DNA of 64,000 bases, from positions 437 to 64,436 of the forward strand of contig JBAWFC010000042.1 in NCBI GenBank assembly GCA_049591535.1, given 5' to 3'. The stretch comes from Thermoplasmata archaeon (GTDB taxonomy: Archaea > Thermoplasmatota > Thermoplasmata > Lutacidiplasmatales > UBA184). Both the position numbers and the translations under genes were made by a program. Within the stretch, counting starts at the first letter, position 1. Every line of letters begins with the position of its first letter. Positions 41,740 through 50,596 of the stretch are shown here, piece by piece. The notes beneath the pieces are model-generated. The model saw only the letters and a list, made by a program, of their open reading frames with translations, had not been told where the DNA came from and ran no database searches.

Positions 41740-42101
41740 ACCACCCACCTCTTCTCACCGCTCAGCGCGTAGTAGATGCCCGTGATCGCGAGCGCGGTGA
41801 ACGCCACCGCAATGAACACGGGGTACCACGCGGAGTTCGCGCCGCGGAAGGTGAGCGCCCAGAGGGCCAGGATGAATCCGAGGACGTCGACCGCGACGAA
41901 GACGATCGCGAACGTGTAGTGTTGGGTCGGAAAGTCGATCTGGGCCTCCCCCTCCGCCTCCTCTCCGCACTCGTAGGTCGTGAGCTGGAGGTACGATTGC
42001 CGACGTTTGGCGCCGAGTTGTCGGTTCGCGATGACGGACCCGACACCGAACGCCCCGGCGACGAGCACGAAGACGAGGAACGTTGTGGTTCCTGCTTCCA
42101 T
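41736..42101 (-). CDS. nuoA: Complex I-like subunit A
   Basis: It is 121 aa with 3 TM helices and the TYECGEE motif, and it is the first gene of the array. GGAGG lies just upstream of the ATG, and TTATTTAAC (42150-42158) is a candidate TATA box. Confidence 0.85.
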   Translation of the reverse strand: MEAGTTTFLVFVLVAGAFGVGSVIANRQLGAKRRQSYLQLTTYECGEEAEGEAQIDFPTQHYTFAIVFVAVDVLGFILALWALTFRGANSAWYPVFIAVAFTALAITGIYYALSGEKRWVV

Positions 42102-42239
42102 CGTCTCCTCCGTCCGCTCGCCGAGGACAACCGTTGGAACCTCTTGTCGTTATTTAACCTAAGCCGGCCGAGAGAGGAAAACTCCGCCGGCGTCACGTCG
42201 CGCAGCCGTTAAACGAGCCGCCCGGGTCGACCGGGAACC

Positions 42240-42884
42240 GTGCAGCCGAACAGTCTCCGAACTCCGTTCCGTCTCTCCGGACGGTACGTCGAACTCGTGC
42301 CGCTCGAAAAGGCGCACCGAGAGGGACTTCGCCGCGCCGCACGGAGCCCCGAGATCGGTCGGTACCTGCGCCACGGGCCAGGAGAGACCCTGGCCGACAT
42401 GGACGACCTGATCGACGAACTGCTGGTCGCGCAATCGGAGGGGACCGACCTCCCGTTCACGACCCGGACCCTGCCGGATCACACGGTCGCAGGGATGACC
42501 CGCTTCTTGCGGATCGACCGCGAGAGCCAATGGGTCGAGATCGGCGGGACGTGGCTCGATACCGCCCTCTGGCGGACGCCGGTCAACACCGAAGCGAAGT
42601 ACCTAATGCTACGGCACGCGTTCGAGGGGGAGAGTGCGCACCGGGTCCAGCTGCAAACGGACTCGAGAAACGAGCGCTCGCAGCGTGCGATCGCCCGTCT
42701 CGGAGCCGTTCGCGAAGGGGTCCTACGAGAGGACGTTCTTCTGGCCGGCGGATACTTCCGCTCCTCGGTGTACTTCAGCGTTCTCGCGACGGAATGGCCG
42801 GCGGTCCGATCCGGCCTCGAGGCGCAGCTCCGACGGCCTTGGACCGGCACGGCGCCGGGCGAACCCGCGAGCTCGCTCGGCTGA
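42240..42884 (+). CDS. GNAT-family N-acetyltransferase (RimJ/RimL-like)
   Basis: It reads YVELVPLEKAHREGL...TPVNTEAKYLMLRHAFE...HRVQLQTDSRNERSQRAIARLGAVREGVLR. It starts at GTG. Confidence 0.75.
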   Translation: MQPNSLRTPFRLSGRYVELVPLEKAHREGLRRAARSPEIGRYLRHGPGETLADMDDLIDELLVAQSEGTDLPFTTRTLPDHTVAGMTRFLRIDRESQWVEIGGTWLDTALWRTPVNTEAKYLMLRHAFEGESAHRVQLQTDSRNERSQRAIARLGAVREGVLREDVLLAGGYFRSSVYFSVLATEWPAVRSGLEAQLRRPWTGTAPGEPASSLG

Positions 42885-42947
42885 GATCGTCCGGCCCGGC
42901 GCGACTCGGCTCGGACCGCCGGTCCGGCGGGGGGGGGCGAGCGCGAG

Positions 42948-43739
42948 TCAGGGGCCGGGAAAGTGAGGTTTCCGCTTCTCCCGGAAGGCGCGAATTCCCT
43001 CGGGAAGTTCCGTGCCCTGGGCGGCTTCGACCGCGCCGCGCCGCTCGAGCATCATCTGCGTCTCCAGGCTTTCGCTGAAGGCCGAGACCATCAACCGCTT
43101 CATCCACCCGTAGGCGAACGTCGGCCCCTCGGCGAGCTCGGTGGCCCGCTCCCAGGCCCGTGCGTCGAGGTGCTTGGCCGGCACCACCTCGTGCAGGAGG
43201 CCAAGTTCCAGCGCGCGCTCCGCGGTGACCCGGGCGTTGGTGAACAGGATCTCCTGGGCGAGCCCGATGCCCAGGAAGTGTGGGAGGAAGTAGGTCAGTC
43301 CGCCGTCCGGCACCGCCCCGAGACCCGGAAACGCCGGCACGAGCACCGCGCCCTCGGCCGCGATCCTCCAGTCGGCCGCGAGGGCGAGCGAGAGGCCGCC
43401 CCCGGCGGCGACGCCGGGGAGGGCGGCGAGGACGGGCTTGCGCATCCCGACGATCTCTCGAATGGCGAGCTCCTGGCCCGCGGTCAGGTCGTGGAACAAC
43501 ATCGGCAACTCGCCCCGGACCCGGTGGTCGTCCATCGTCGCGACGTCCCCGCCCGCACAGAAGGCCCGGCCCTCCCCCGTGAGGATGACCGCCCGGACGG
43601 TCGGGTCCAGGGCGGCGGCCTGCAGCTCCTTGCGAAACTCGGCGAACGACGGTACGTCCAACGCGTTCAGCCGGTCGGGTCGGTGGATGCGGATCTCCAG
43701 GACGGCCCCTCTGCGCTGGGTTCGGATCGATTCCGGCAT
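42948..43739 (-). CDS. Enoyl-CoA hydratase/isomerase (crotonase) family protein
   Basis: It reads RPDRLNALD...VILTGEGRAFCAGGDV...PVLAALPGVAAGGGLSLALAAD. The length is 263 aa. Confidence 0.85.
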   Translation of the reverse strand: MPESIRTQRRGAVLEIRIHRPDRLNALDVPSFAEFRKELQAAALDPTVRAVILTGEGRAFCAGGDVATMDDHRVRGELPMLFHDLTAGQELAIREIVGMRKPVLAALPGVAAGGGLSLALAADWRIAAEGAVLVPAFPGLGAVPDGGLTYFLPHFLGIGLAQEILFTNARVTAERALELGLLHEVVPAKHLDARAWERATELAEGPTFAYGWMKRLMVSAFSESLETQMMLERRGAVEAAQGTELPEGIRAFREKRKPHFPGP

Positions 43740-43904
43740 AGTCCGACCGACTCGACCCTCTCCCGGGGGATATAGCTGGCGAACGCGCGACCGTTCCGAA
43801 TGCCCTTCGGGGGTCGAACCGCGGTGCCGACGGACCGAACCGGCGGGCTCACGGACCGTTTTCCCGAGCGCGGGCGACGGACTCCCGCTCGGGAACGGGT
43901 TGGA

Positions 43905-44132
43905 ATGCCGGCACGCGGGGAGGTGACGCGCCTCACGGGCCCGGTGACCGCCTACCGGCGCCGGGAGTTCCTTCGGGAAGCCGTCGAGTCGGCGGTGCGC
44001 CGTTCCTCGGGCGAGCTGGCGACCCAGTTCGTGGTCGTGAAGGATTTCGAGGATCCGCAGCTCGACGCCTATCTCGACGACAGCGGACCCCTTCCCTCGT
44101 TCCCCGAACAGCGGAGATCGGTCAATGGATAA
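43905..44132 (+). pseudogene. Possible remnant of a family-2 glycosyltransferase N terminus (weak)
   Basis: GPVTAYRRREFLREAVESAVRR...QFVVVKDFEDPQ loosely resembles the GT2 start (IPTYNR-EFL-EAIES....EIIVVDD). The ORF stops after about 75 aa with no catalytic core. Confidence 0.25.
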
Positions 44133-44187
44133 CCGCGGGTGGGGGGTGAAGAGTCGGGCGCTACAACCGAAGGTGCGAATCGGCCGT

Positions 44188-44418
44188 TCAGCCGCCCCAC
44201 TTCGGGGACCCGGGTTCGCCCGCCCGGGTCCGCACGATCTCGGGAATCTCGTAATCGAGGGTCTCCACGACCTTGTCTCCTACCGGCCGGCGCTCGAGAG
44301 CGATCCCCGCCCGCGACTCCAGGAAGGGGTACGAGCGATCCTTCTTGTCGACCCCGAAGGAGACGCCGTAATCGGAGAACAGGTACTGGAGGAACCGGCG
44401 TTCGGAATCGATCTTCAT
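44188..44418 (-). CDS. Hypothetical small protein (76 aa) downstream of the SPFH gene
   Basis: It reads MKIDSERRFLQYLFSDYGVSFGVDKKDRSYPFLESRAGIALERRPVGDKVVETLDYEIPEIVR. Codon usage is good, and no family was recognised. Confidence 0.5.
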   Translation of the reverse strand: MKIDSERRFLQYLFSDYGVSFGVDKKDRSYPFLESRAGIALERRPVGDKVVETLDYEIPEIVRTRAGEPGSPKWGG

Positions 44419-44452
44419 CGGAGTACGCGGCCCTCCGCCGGCGGCCCGTCGC

Positions 44453-45703
44453 CTAGCTCTTCGAATCGTCGGTTCGAGGGGGGCGGCGACGCTGGTCCGT
44501 CGGCGAGGAGGCCGTGTTGGTCGTGGACGGTGAGCTCGGGGACGGCGGGCGGTTCACCGGACCCGGGGGTGGAGGGGCGATCTCGTCCGCGTCCGGGAGC
44601 TCGGGTTCGGCCACGGCCTTGGGACCCTTACCCGAATAGGAACCGACCATCGACGTCGACTCCTCCGACTCGGCCTTGATCTCGTCCTCGATCGACTTGA
44701 TCTCGGTCAGGAGCTCCTCCTGCTTCGGGATCGGTCCGAGGATGTCGTCCATGGTGCCGATCCGCTTCTCGAGCTCGTCCAGAGTGTTCAGTCCGCGGTC
44801 CGGTACCTGCCGGCTCGTGCCGAGGTACTCCGAGGCGCCCTCCATCAGGCGCGAGAACTCGAAGGGGAACAGGATCTTCGTCGCCTGGCCGTTCCCGACC
44901 TGGGCGACCGTGTCCAGCGAAAGGACGGTGAGCGCCTTCGCGTCCAGTGTGCCCGCACCGAGCGCGAGGATCCGAAGGCGCTGCGACTCCCCCTGGGCCT
45001 CGAGGATGGTCGCGACCCGGGCCCCCTCCGCTTCGAGGATCTGGGACTGCCGGACGCCTTCGGCCTGAAGGATACGGGAGCGCTTCTGGCCCTCGGCGAC
45101 GAGGATGGCGCTGCGCTTCTCTCCGTCAGCGCGCAGCACGGCCGCGCGGCGCTGACGTTCCGCCGACGTCTGCTCCTCCATCGCGGTCTTGACGGGTCCG
45201 ACCGGGTCGACCTCCTTGATCTCGACCGCGTCGACGCGGACCCCCCACTTGTCGGTCGACTCGTCGAGGATGTCGCGGAGCCGCGTGTTGATCCGCTCGC
45301 GGTTGTAGAGGACCTCGTCCAGCTCCATGTCGCCGATGATCGACCGGAGCGTTGTCTGGGCGAGGGCGAGCGTGGCGACCTGGTAGTTCTGAACCTGGAA
45401 GATCGCCTTCGGCGCGTCCACGACCTTGATGTAGATGATCGCGTCAACGTTGGTCGGGGAGTTGTCCTTCGTGATCACTTCCTGGCGGGGGACCTCGAGG
45501 ACCTGCGTCCGCAGGTCGATCTTCAGGACCTGCGCGAGCGGGCTGACGAGGTTGAACCCCGGGTTGATCATCCGCTTGTACGACCCGAGCAGCGTGACGA
45601 TCCCCTGCTGGTACGGTTGGATCGTGTAGATCATCCGAGTGAGAATCACCAGGATGACGATGAACGCCAGAACGACGCCGACGATGACCCCCGTGTAATC
45701 CAT
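44453..45703 (-). CDS. SPFH/band-7 (stomatin/prohibitin-like) membrane protein with a long coiled-coil and Pro-rich tail
   Basis: It has an N-terminal TM helix, an SPFH core (QQGIVTLLGSYKRMINPGFN...VITKDNSPTNVDAIIYIKV...RSIIGDMELDEVL), then an EAEG/ILEAEG repeat helix. Confidence 0.85.
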   Translation of the reverse strand: MDYTGVIVGVVLAFIVILVILTRMIYTIQPYQQGIVTLLGSYKRMINPGFNLVSPLAQVLKIDLRTQVLEVPRQEVITKDNSPTNVDAIIYIKVVDAPKAIFQVQNYQVATLALAQTTLRSIIGDMELDEVLYNRERINTRLRDILDESTDKWGVRVDAVEIKEVDPVGPVKTAMEEQTSAERQRRAAVLRADGEKRSAILVAEGQKRSRILQAEGVRQSQILEAEGARVATILEAQGESQRLRILALGAGTLDAKALTVLSLDTVAQVGNGQATKILFPFEFSRLMEGASEYLGTSRQVPDRGLNTLDELEKRIGTMDDILGPIPKQEELLTEIKSIEDEIKAESEESTSMVGSYSGKGPKAVAEPELPDADEIAPPPPGPVNRPPSPSSPSTTNTASSPTDQRRRPPRTDDSKS

Positions 45704-45781
45704 GCGCTATCCTCCCCCGCGTGCGGTTCCGCTACCTCGGAGCCTGAGGTAACCCTTTCGCTCGCACGCCTCGCGCATGGG

Positions 45782-46249
45782 TCAGCTCGAGGGAGGGGTC
45801 TCTATCGGTTGGACCGTGACCGAAACGCCCTCCCCGTGGATCACGCGTACCCTGGTGCCGACCGGGATGGGTTGGTCGGAGCGCGCCGACCAGACCTCGG
45901 AGCGCACCTTGACCTTTCCGCGGAGCGTGTTGGGTTCGACCGGGGCGATGACGACCGCTTCCTCGCCGACGAGGCCTCCGCTCGTGGTGCTCATCGGTCG
46001 ATGCGTGGGAGCGACCCAGCGGTAGTACGGGATCTCGACGAGCGCCCCCACGATGGCGGCGACGATGACGAGCACGGGGCCAAGGTAACTGTCGAGGAGA
46101 ACGTTCGGCAGGAACAGGTACAGGAATCCCGCGGCGAGGACGATCGACCCCGGGATGAGCAGCAGTGCCCCCGGGTGGATCAACTCGAATGCGAAGAGGG
46201 CGATGCCCACGACCACGAGCAGGATGCCGATTGAGTCGTTAACGACCAT
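45782..46249 (-). CDS. NfeD-family membrane protein (C-terminal OB-fold)
   Basis: TM helices are followed by GEEAVVIAPVEPNTLRGKVKVRSEVWSARSDQPIPVGTRVRVIHGEGVSVTVQP, the NfeD C-terminal motif. It lies immediately upstream of the SPFH gene. Confidence 0.8.
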   Translation of the reverse strand: MVVNDSIGILLVVVGIALFAFELIHPGALLLIPGSIVLAAGFLYLFLPNVLLDSYLGPVLVIVAAIVGALVEIPYYRWVAPTHRPMSTTSGGLVGEEAVVIAPVEPNTLRGKVKVRSEVWSARSDQPIPVGTRVRVIHGEGVSVTVQPIETPPSS

Positions 46250-46319
46250 GGCACGAGAGCCGACGATAACGGGTCGGATGATAAGGTCGGCGCCGGCACC
46301 CGGGAGCCGGTCGTCCGGC

Positions 46320-46889
46320 TCACCGGATGTAATTCTGCGTGCTGGCGAGGTCGAATCGCGAGACCACCTTCAGCCGCTGCCCGTCCCCGGTGGGTGCGTA
46401 CGCCAGAAACGGGTAGAGTCGCCAGAGGTCGCCCTCGGCCATGCGGGTCGCGGGGTGGTCCGGCCCGAAGGCGGTGCGCGTGACATAGGCGGTGACCTTT
46501 CGGACCGCACGCTCGTCAATGTACCCGAGGGAGTGGAGATACTCGTGGGCGAGGATGACGTAGAGGAAGCTGTTCAGCTCGAGCGGCGAGGTCGCGTTCG
46601 TCCGCATCGCCTGGACGAGCCCCTCGTTGAGGACGATGAGGTTCCCCGTGACCTGCCAGTAGGCCCCGACGTACGGCGGGAGATTCGAGAGGCCCAGGCC
46701 AAGCCCGGGTCGTTCGATGCCGAGGACCCGGTGGACCGCGCCTCGTACCACGCGGAACACTCCGTCGTAATCCGCGTTCCCCTCGAGGGTATGGGAGAGA
46801 GGGAACGACCCGGGTTCGAGGACCGGCGCCGCAGCGGCGGAGGGCATGGTCGGGCCGCGTCCGCCGACGGTCATCAGGGTCCGCGTCAT
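46320..46889 (-). CDS. Putative zinc metallopeptidase-like protein (HExxH)
   Basis: It contains LYVILAHEYLHSLGY. The start was taken at ATG 46889 (MTRTLMTV), which has a TATA-like GATATAG 25-31 nt upstream, inside track ORF 46320..46949. Confidence 0.5.
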   Translation of the reverse strand: MTRTLMTVGGRGPTMPSAAAAPVLEPGSFPLSHTLEGNADYDGVFRVVRGAVHRVLGIERPGLGLGLSNLPPYVGAYWQVTGNLIVLNEGLVQAMRTNATSPLELNSFLYVILAHEYLHSLGYIDERAVRKVTAYVTRTAFGPDHPATRMAEGDLWRLYPFLAYAPTGDGQRLKVVSRFDLASTQNYIR

Positions 46890-47019
46890 GGATGAATGTA
46901 CCCCGGTAGGGCGGATATAGGCGTGGTTACGGCGGCACCACGTAGGCACCTCCGGGACCCTCGCACCTTCGCCGCCGCGGGGCCTACAGCCTAAAGGCGT
47001 CGCGGCGTACCCGACGTCG

Positions 47020-47808
47020 ATGCCCCGCCCCGAGGACGTGGTCTTCCCGCACCGCCGCGAGCGGACCGAGGACCGGAGGAAGGAGGGTCAGGATCGCAAG
47101 CTCCTCGACGAGTTCTTCGACCACGCTACCCTGCTGACGATCTCCCGCCTCGTCAACCAGGGGCAGTTCGAATCGATCGACTTTCCGGTCTCCACCGGGA
47201 AGGAAGGCGGGGTGTTCCGCGCGACCAAGGGCTCGGAATACCGCGCGGTCAAGGTGTACCGTATCGGGAACTCGACGTTCCGACACCTTCCGGCGTACGC
47301 TCTCGAGCAGCTCCGCCAGCAGACGAGCGTCCGGAACTACGGCGGGCTGATCATCGCCTGGACCCGCCGGGAGCACACGATCCTGGGACGACTTGCCGAC
47401 GCCGGCGTCCGGGCGCCGCATCCGTACGGCCATCTTCGCAACGTGCTCGTGATGGAGTTCATCCGCGATGGGGACGGCGCGGCCCCGAGGATCCGGGATG
47501 CGGTCATCGACGACCCCGCGGCCCTGTACGAGGACCTGGTCTCGCAGATCGGGGCGATGGTGCGCAAGGCGCATCTCGTCCACGGCGACCTCTCTCCGTA
47601 CAACACACTGTACTCGGAGGGTCGGGTGGTTCTCATCGACGTAGCGCAGGCGATGCCGACGGACCACCCCCAGGCGACGAAGCTCCTCGAACGGGACCTC
47701 TCGAACTACGCGAAGTTCCTGGGCCGACTCGGGGTCGACGTGGAGACCGCCGATTTCATGCACGCCGTCGGCGGGGACGCGATGACAGCGGCGGGAGCGG
47801 AGGCGTAG
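47020..47808 (+). CDS. rio1: RIO-type serine protein kinase (Rio1-like; no N-terminal wHTH)
   Basis: It reads STGKEGGVFRA...AVKVYR...LVMEFI...HLVHGDLSPYN...VLIDVAQA, the RIO kinase motifs. The length is 262 aa. Confidence 0.85.
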   Translation: MPRPEDVVFPHRRERTEDRRKEGQDRKLLDEFFDHATLLTISRLVNQGQFESIDFPVSTGKEGGVFRATKGSEYRAVKVYRIGNSTFRHLPAYALEQLRQQTSVRNYGGLIIAWTRREHTILGRLADAGVRAPHPYGHLRNVLVMEFIRDGDGAAPRIRDAVIDDPAALYEDLVSQIGAMVRKAHLVHGDLSPYNTLYSEGRVVLIDVAQAMPTDHPQATKLLERDLSNYAKFLGRLGVDVETADFMHAVGGDAMTAAGAEA

Positions 47809-47809
47809 G

Positions 47810-48394
47810 ATGCCGGTGCTCTATGCGCGGATCCCCGAAGACCGCGTCGGGGTCCTGATCGGCCCGGGAGGCCGCACGAAGCGGGAGATCCGGGAACGCA
47901 CCCAAACCCAGGTCGACATCGACGCGGACGAAGGGGAGGTCCGGATCACGGCCCCCGATTCCGACCCGATCCGGGCGATGAAGGCACGCGACATTGTCCT
48001 CGCGATCGGGCGCGGCTTCTCCCCGGAGCGGGCGATGCGCCTGCTGAAGGACAATACCTACCTCGGCGTTCTCGACATCAAGTTCACGACCGGCCACCGG
48101 GAGAAGGCGGCGCTCCGTCGGATCCGGGCCCGTGCGATCGGGACCCACGGTCGCGCCCGGTCCCGGATCGAGGAGCTCTCGGGCTGTTCGATGAGCGTCT
48201 ACGGGTCCACGGTCGCGCTGATCGGCGAGGAGGAGCAGCTCGAACGAGCCACGCGGGCGGTGGCGTTGCTCCTCAAGGGCAGCGAGCACTCGAGCGTGTT
48301 CCATTTCCTCGCCCGGGCGCGCCGGAACTCGGAGGTCGAGGAGCTCCTCGGCCGCGCGCTCCCCGACTCGCTGCCGGACGACGACGCGGAGTAG
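47810..48394 (+). CDS. KH-domain RNA-binding protein (archaeal Dim2/Pno1-like)
   Basis: It reads RVGVLIGPGGRTKREI (GxxG) with a second KH region, IGTHGRARSRIEELSG. It starts 2 nt after the RIO stop, which matches the conserved RIO-KH pairing. Confidence 0.8.
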   Translation: MPVLYARIPEDRVGVLIGPGGRTKREIRERTQTQVDIDADEGEVRITAPDSDPIRAMKARDIVLAIGRGFSPERAMRLLKDNTYLGVLDIKFTTGHREKAALRRIRARAIGTHGRARSRIEELSGCSMSVYGSTVALIGEEEQLERATRAVALLLKGSEHSSVFHFLARARRNSEVEELLGRALPDSLPDDDAE

Positions 48395-48399
48395 GCGCC

Positions 48400-49656
48400 G
48401 TGACCAAGACCGTCCCGCTGGATGCGCCGACCCTCGATTGGGCCAAGGGAGTGTTCGGCCGATACTACCGGACCGCACCGATCGAGCCTCCCGACCGACT
48501 CACGCGACGCGAGTTCGCCGCCTTCCCGTTCGCGACGGAGACGTTCATGCGACGGCACGCGACGCTGCGAACACCGGCCGAGTTTCGCGCGTTCCTCGCG
48601 GGCGAGGTGCCGCGCCACGTCTACTACTCGTCGGCCTACTACCGGCACCCGGCCGAACCGACGATGTCGGCGAAGGAGTGGCTCGGAGCGGACCTGATCT
48701 TCGACCTCGACTCCGACCACCTTCGCGGCGCGGAAACGCTCGACTACGCCGGCCAGCTCCGGCTCGTGAAGCGCCGTCTCGTGCAGCTCGTGGACGACTT
48801 CCTGTTCCGGGATTTCGGGGTGGACCCCGCGTCGACCGCGCTCGTCTTCTCGGGGGGACGCGGCTACCACGTCCACGTCCGGGCGGAGGGGCTCATCTCG
48901 CTGACGAGCCCGGAGCGCCGCGAACTGGTCGACTACGTGCTCGGGACCGGTGTCGAGGCGATGCGCGCCGTCGACACGCGGCGCGAAAGCCTGGACGTCG
49001 CGGCGGACGCGGGGGACGACCCGGGGAACGCTTCGAGGTCCGGGGGCCCGCCGCCGGTCCGCTACCTCGTTCGTCCGGACGCGCCCGGTTGGCCCGGGCG
49101 GACGACCCGGGCGATCCTCGAGCTGCTCGCGCGTTGGGAGGCGAACGGCCGGGCCGCGGCGGCTCAGGAGATGGTCGAGTTCGGGATCCCGCCGGCGAAA
49201 GCACGAAAGTGGGCCAAGCTCCTGGTCGACGAGGGAGGGGCCGCGAAGATCCGCGCGAACCTCACGCTGGACGTCTTCCCGAAGGACGTCCCCGCCGAGT
49301 TCCTCGAGGCGGTCGTCCCGCGGGCGGCGGTCGAGGTCCAGGGAGAGACCGACGCCCCCGTGACCACCGACATCCACCGTCTGATCCGGCTGCCGGGGTC
49401 GCTCCACGGGGGAACGGGTTTCCGGGCGGTGCCTCTCTCCCGCGACGCGCTCGACGGGTTCGACCCGTTCCGGGATGCCCTGCTCGCGCCGCTCGAGGAG
49501 GACCGCTGCCGCGTGACCTTCGCCCAGGAAGTGCGCTACCCGTTCCCGGGCGGGGAGGTCCACGGGACGCCGGGGACGACGGACGAGCTCCCTACGCCGG
49601 TGGCGCTTTTTCTGGTACTGCGGGGGGAAGCAACACTTCCGCCTTCACCGGCATGA
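48400..49656 (+). CDS. priS: DNA primase small (catalytic) subunit
   Basis: It reads REFAF...YYSSAYY...DLIFDLDSDHL (catalytic DxD)...SGGRGYHVHV...RLPGSLHGGTG. It starts at GTG and is 418 aa long. Confidence 0.88.
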   Translation: MTKTVPLDAPTLDWAKGVFGRYYRTAPIEPPDRLTRREFAAFPFATETFMRRHATLRTPAEFRAFLAGEVPRHVYYSSAYYRHPAEPTMSAKEWLGADLIFDLDSDHLRGAETLDYAGQLRLVKRRLVQLVDDFLFRDFGVDPASTALVFSGGRGYHVHVRAEGLISLTSPERRELVDYVLGTGVEAMRAVDTRRESLDVAADAGDDPGNASRSGGPPPVRYLVRPDAPGWPGRTTRAILELLARWEANGRAAAAQEMVEFGIPPAKARKWAKLLVDEGGAAKIRANLTLDVFPKDVPAEFLEAVVPRAAVEVQGETDAPVTTDIHRLIRLPGSLHGGTGFRAVPLSRDALDGFDPFRDALLAPLEEDRCRVTFAQEVRYPFPGGEVHGTPGTTDELPTPVALFLVLRGEATLPPSPA

Positions 49657-50596
49657 CGAGCCGCCCGATCTTCTCGATCGACCCCTCGATCGAGTCGCCG
49701 GCCTTCAACTTCCGGCTCTCGTTCCCGAACTCGAAACCGGGCACTCCGCCGAGGCTGCCGAGGGAGATCACGTCGCCGGGCTCGAAGGTGATCCCCGTCG
49801 ACAGGTGCGCTAGGATCTGCGGGATCCGGAAGATGTAGTCGGTGGTGTCGCCCTGTTGGCGCACGGTGCCGTTGATCTTGAGCTCCATCCGCAGCGGATA
49901 GACCTCTCCGACCTCCTCCTTCGGGACGACCCACGGGCCGACCGCCATCGTGCTGTCGAACCCCTTGCCCATGACCCAGTCGACCGCGCCCTCGGCCGGG
50001 TACTGGAGGTCCCGGTACCCCATGTCGAGCGCCACGGTGTAGCCGGCGACGTGCTCCATCGCATGGTCGGCGGAGATGTGCTTTCCGTGCTTCCCGATCA
50101 CGACCGCGAGCTCGAGCTCGACATCGGGGAACGCACCGGCCGGGTTGAGGACGATCGACTCGCTCGGCCCGGCGAGGCTGTTGAAGAACCGGGTGAAGAC
50201 GTACGGCTGCGGGGGAGTGGGCTTGTGCGTCTCGGCGACGTGGCTCTTCGAGTTCGCCGCGAGGCAGTAGATCTTCGTCCCGCGGACGACCGGCGCGAGG
50301 AGCTTGATCCCCTCCTCGGGTTTGAACAGGAACCGAGCTCCGGTCGCCGCCCGCGGGGTCCAGCCCATCTTGCGCCGGCGGTCGATGTACTCGAGGATCT
50401 TCTTCGTGATCTGGACCGAATCGGCCCCACCCTGGAAGAACTGCTGCATGTCGCGGAACCGACTCGGGTCGGCGCCCTTCACCGGGTTCACCCCGAAGTA
50501 GTCCCGGCAGGCGGTGTCGAGGTCGATGAACTCGTTCGAGTCGGTCATCATTCCGAAGTGGAACTGGTCGGCGAGGGTAAAGTGGACGAGCTTCAC
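49592..50596 (-). CDS. Fumarylacetoacetate hydrolase (FAH)-family protein
   Basis: It reads PDVELELAVVIGKHGK...GYTVALDMGYRD...KGFDSTMAVGPW...PGDVISLGS. GTG 50596 overlaps the upstream stop (GTGA). It is the 3' part of track ORF 49592..51271. Confidence 0.8.
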   Translation of the reverse strand: MKLVHFTLADQFHFGMMTDSNEFIDLDTACRDYFGVNPVKGADPSRFRDMQQFFQGGADSVQITKKILEYIDRRRKMGWTPRAATGARFLFKPEEGIKLLAPVVRGTKIYCLAANSKSHVAETHKPTPPQPYVFTRFFNSLAGPSESIVLNPAGAFPDVELELAVVIGKHGKHISADHAMEHVAGYTVALDMGYRDLQYPAEGAVDWVMGKGFDSTMAVGPWVVPKEEVGEVYPLRMELKINGTVRQQGDTTDYIFRIPQILAHLSTGITFEPGDVISLGSLGGVPGFEFGNESRKLKAGDSIEGSIEKIGRLVMPVKAEVLLPPAVPEKAPPA

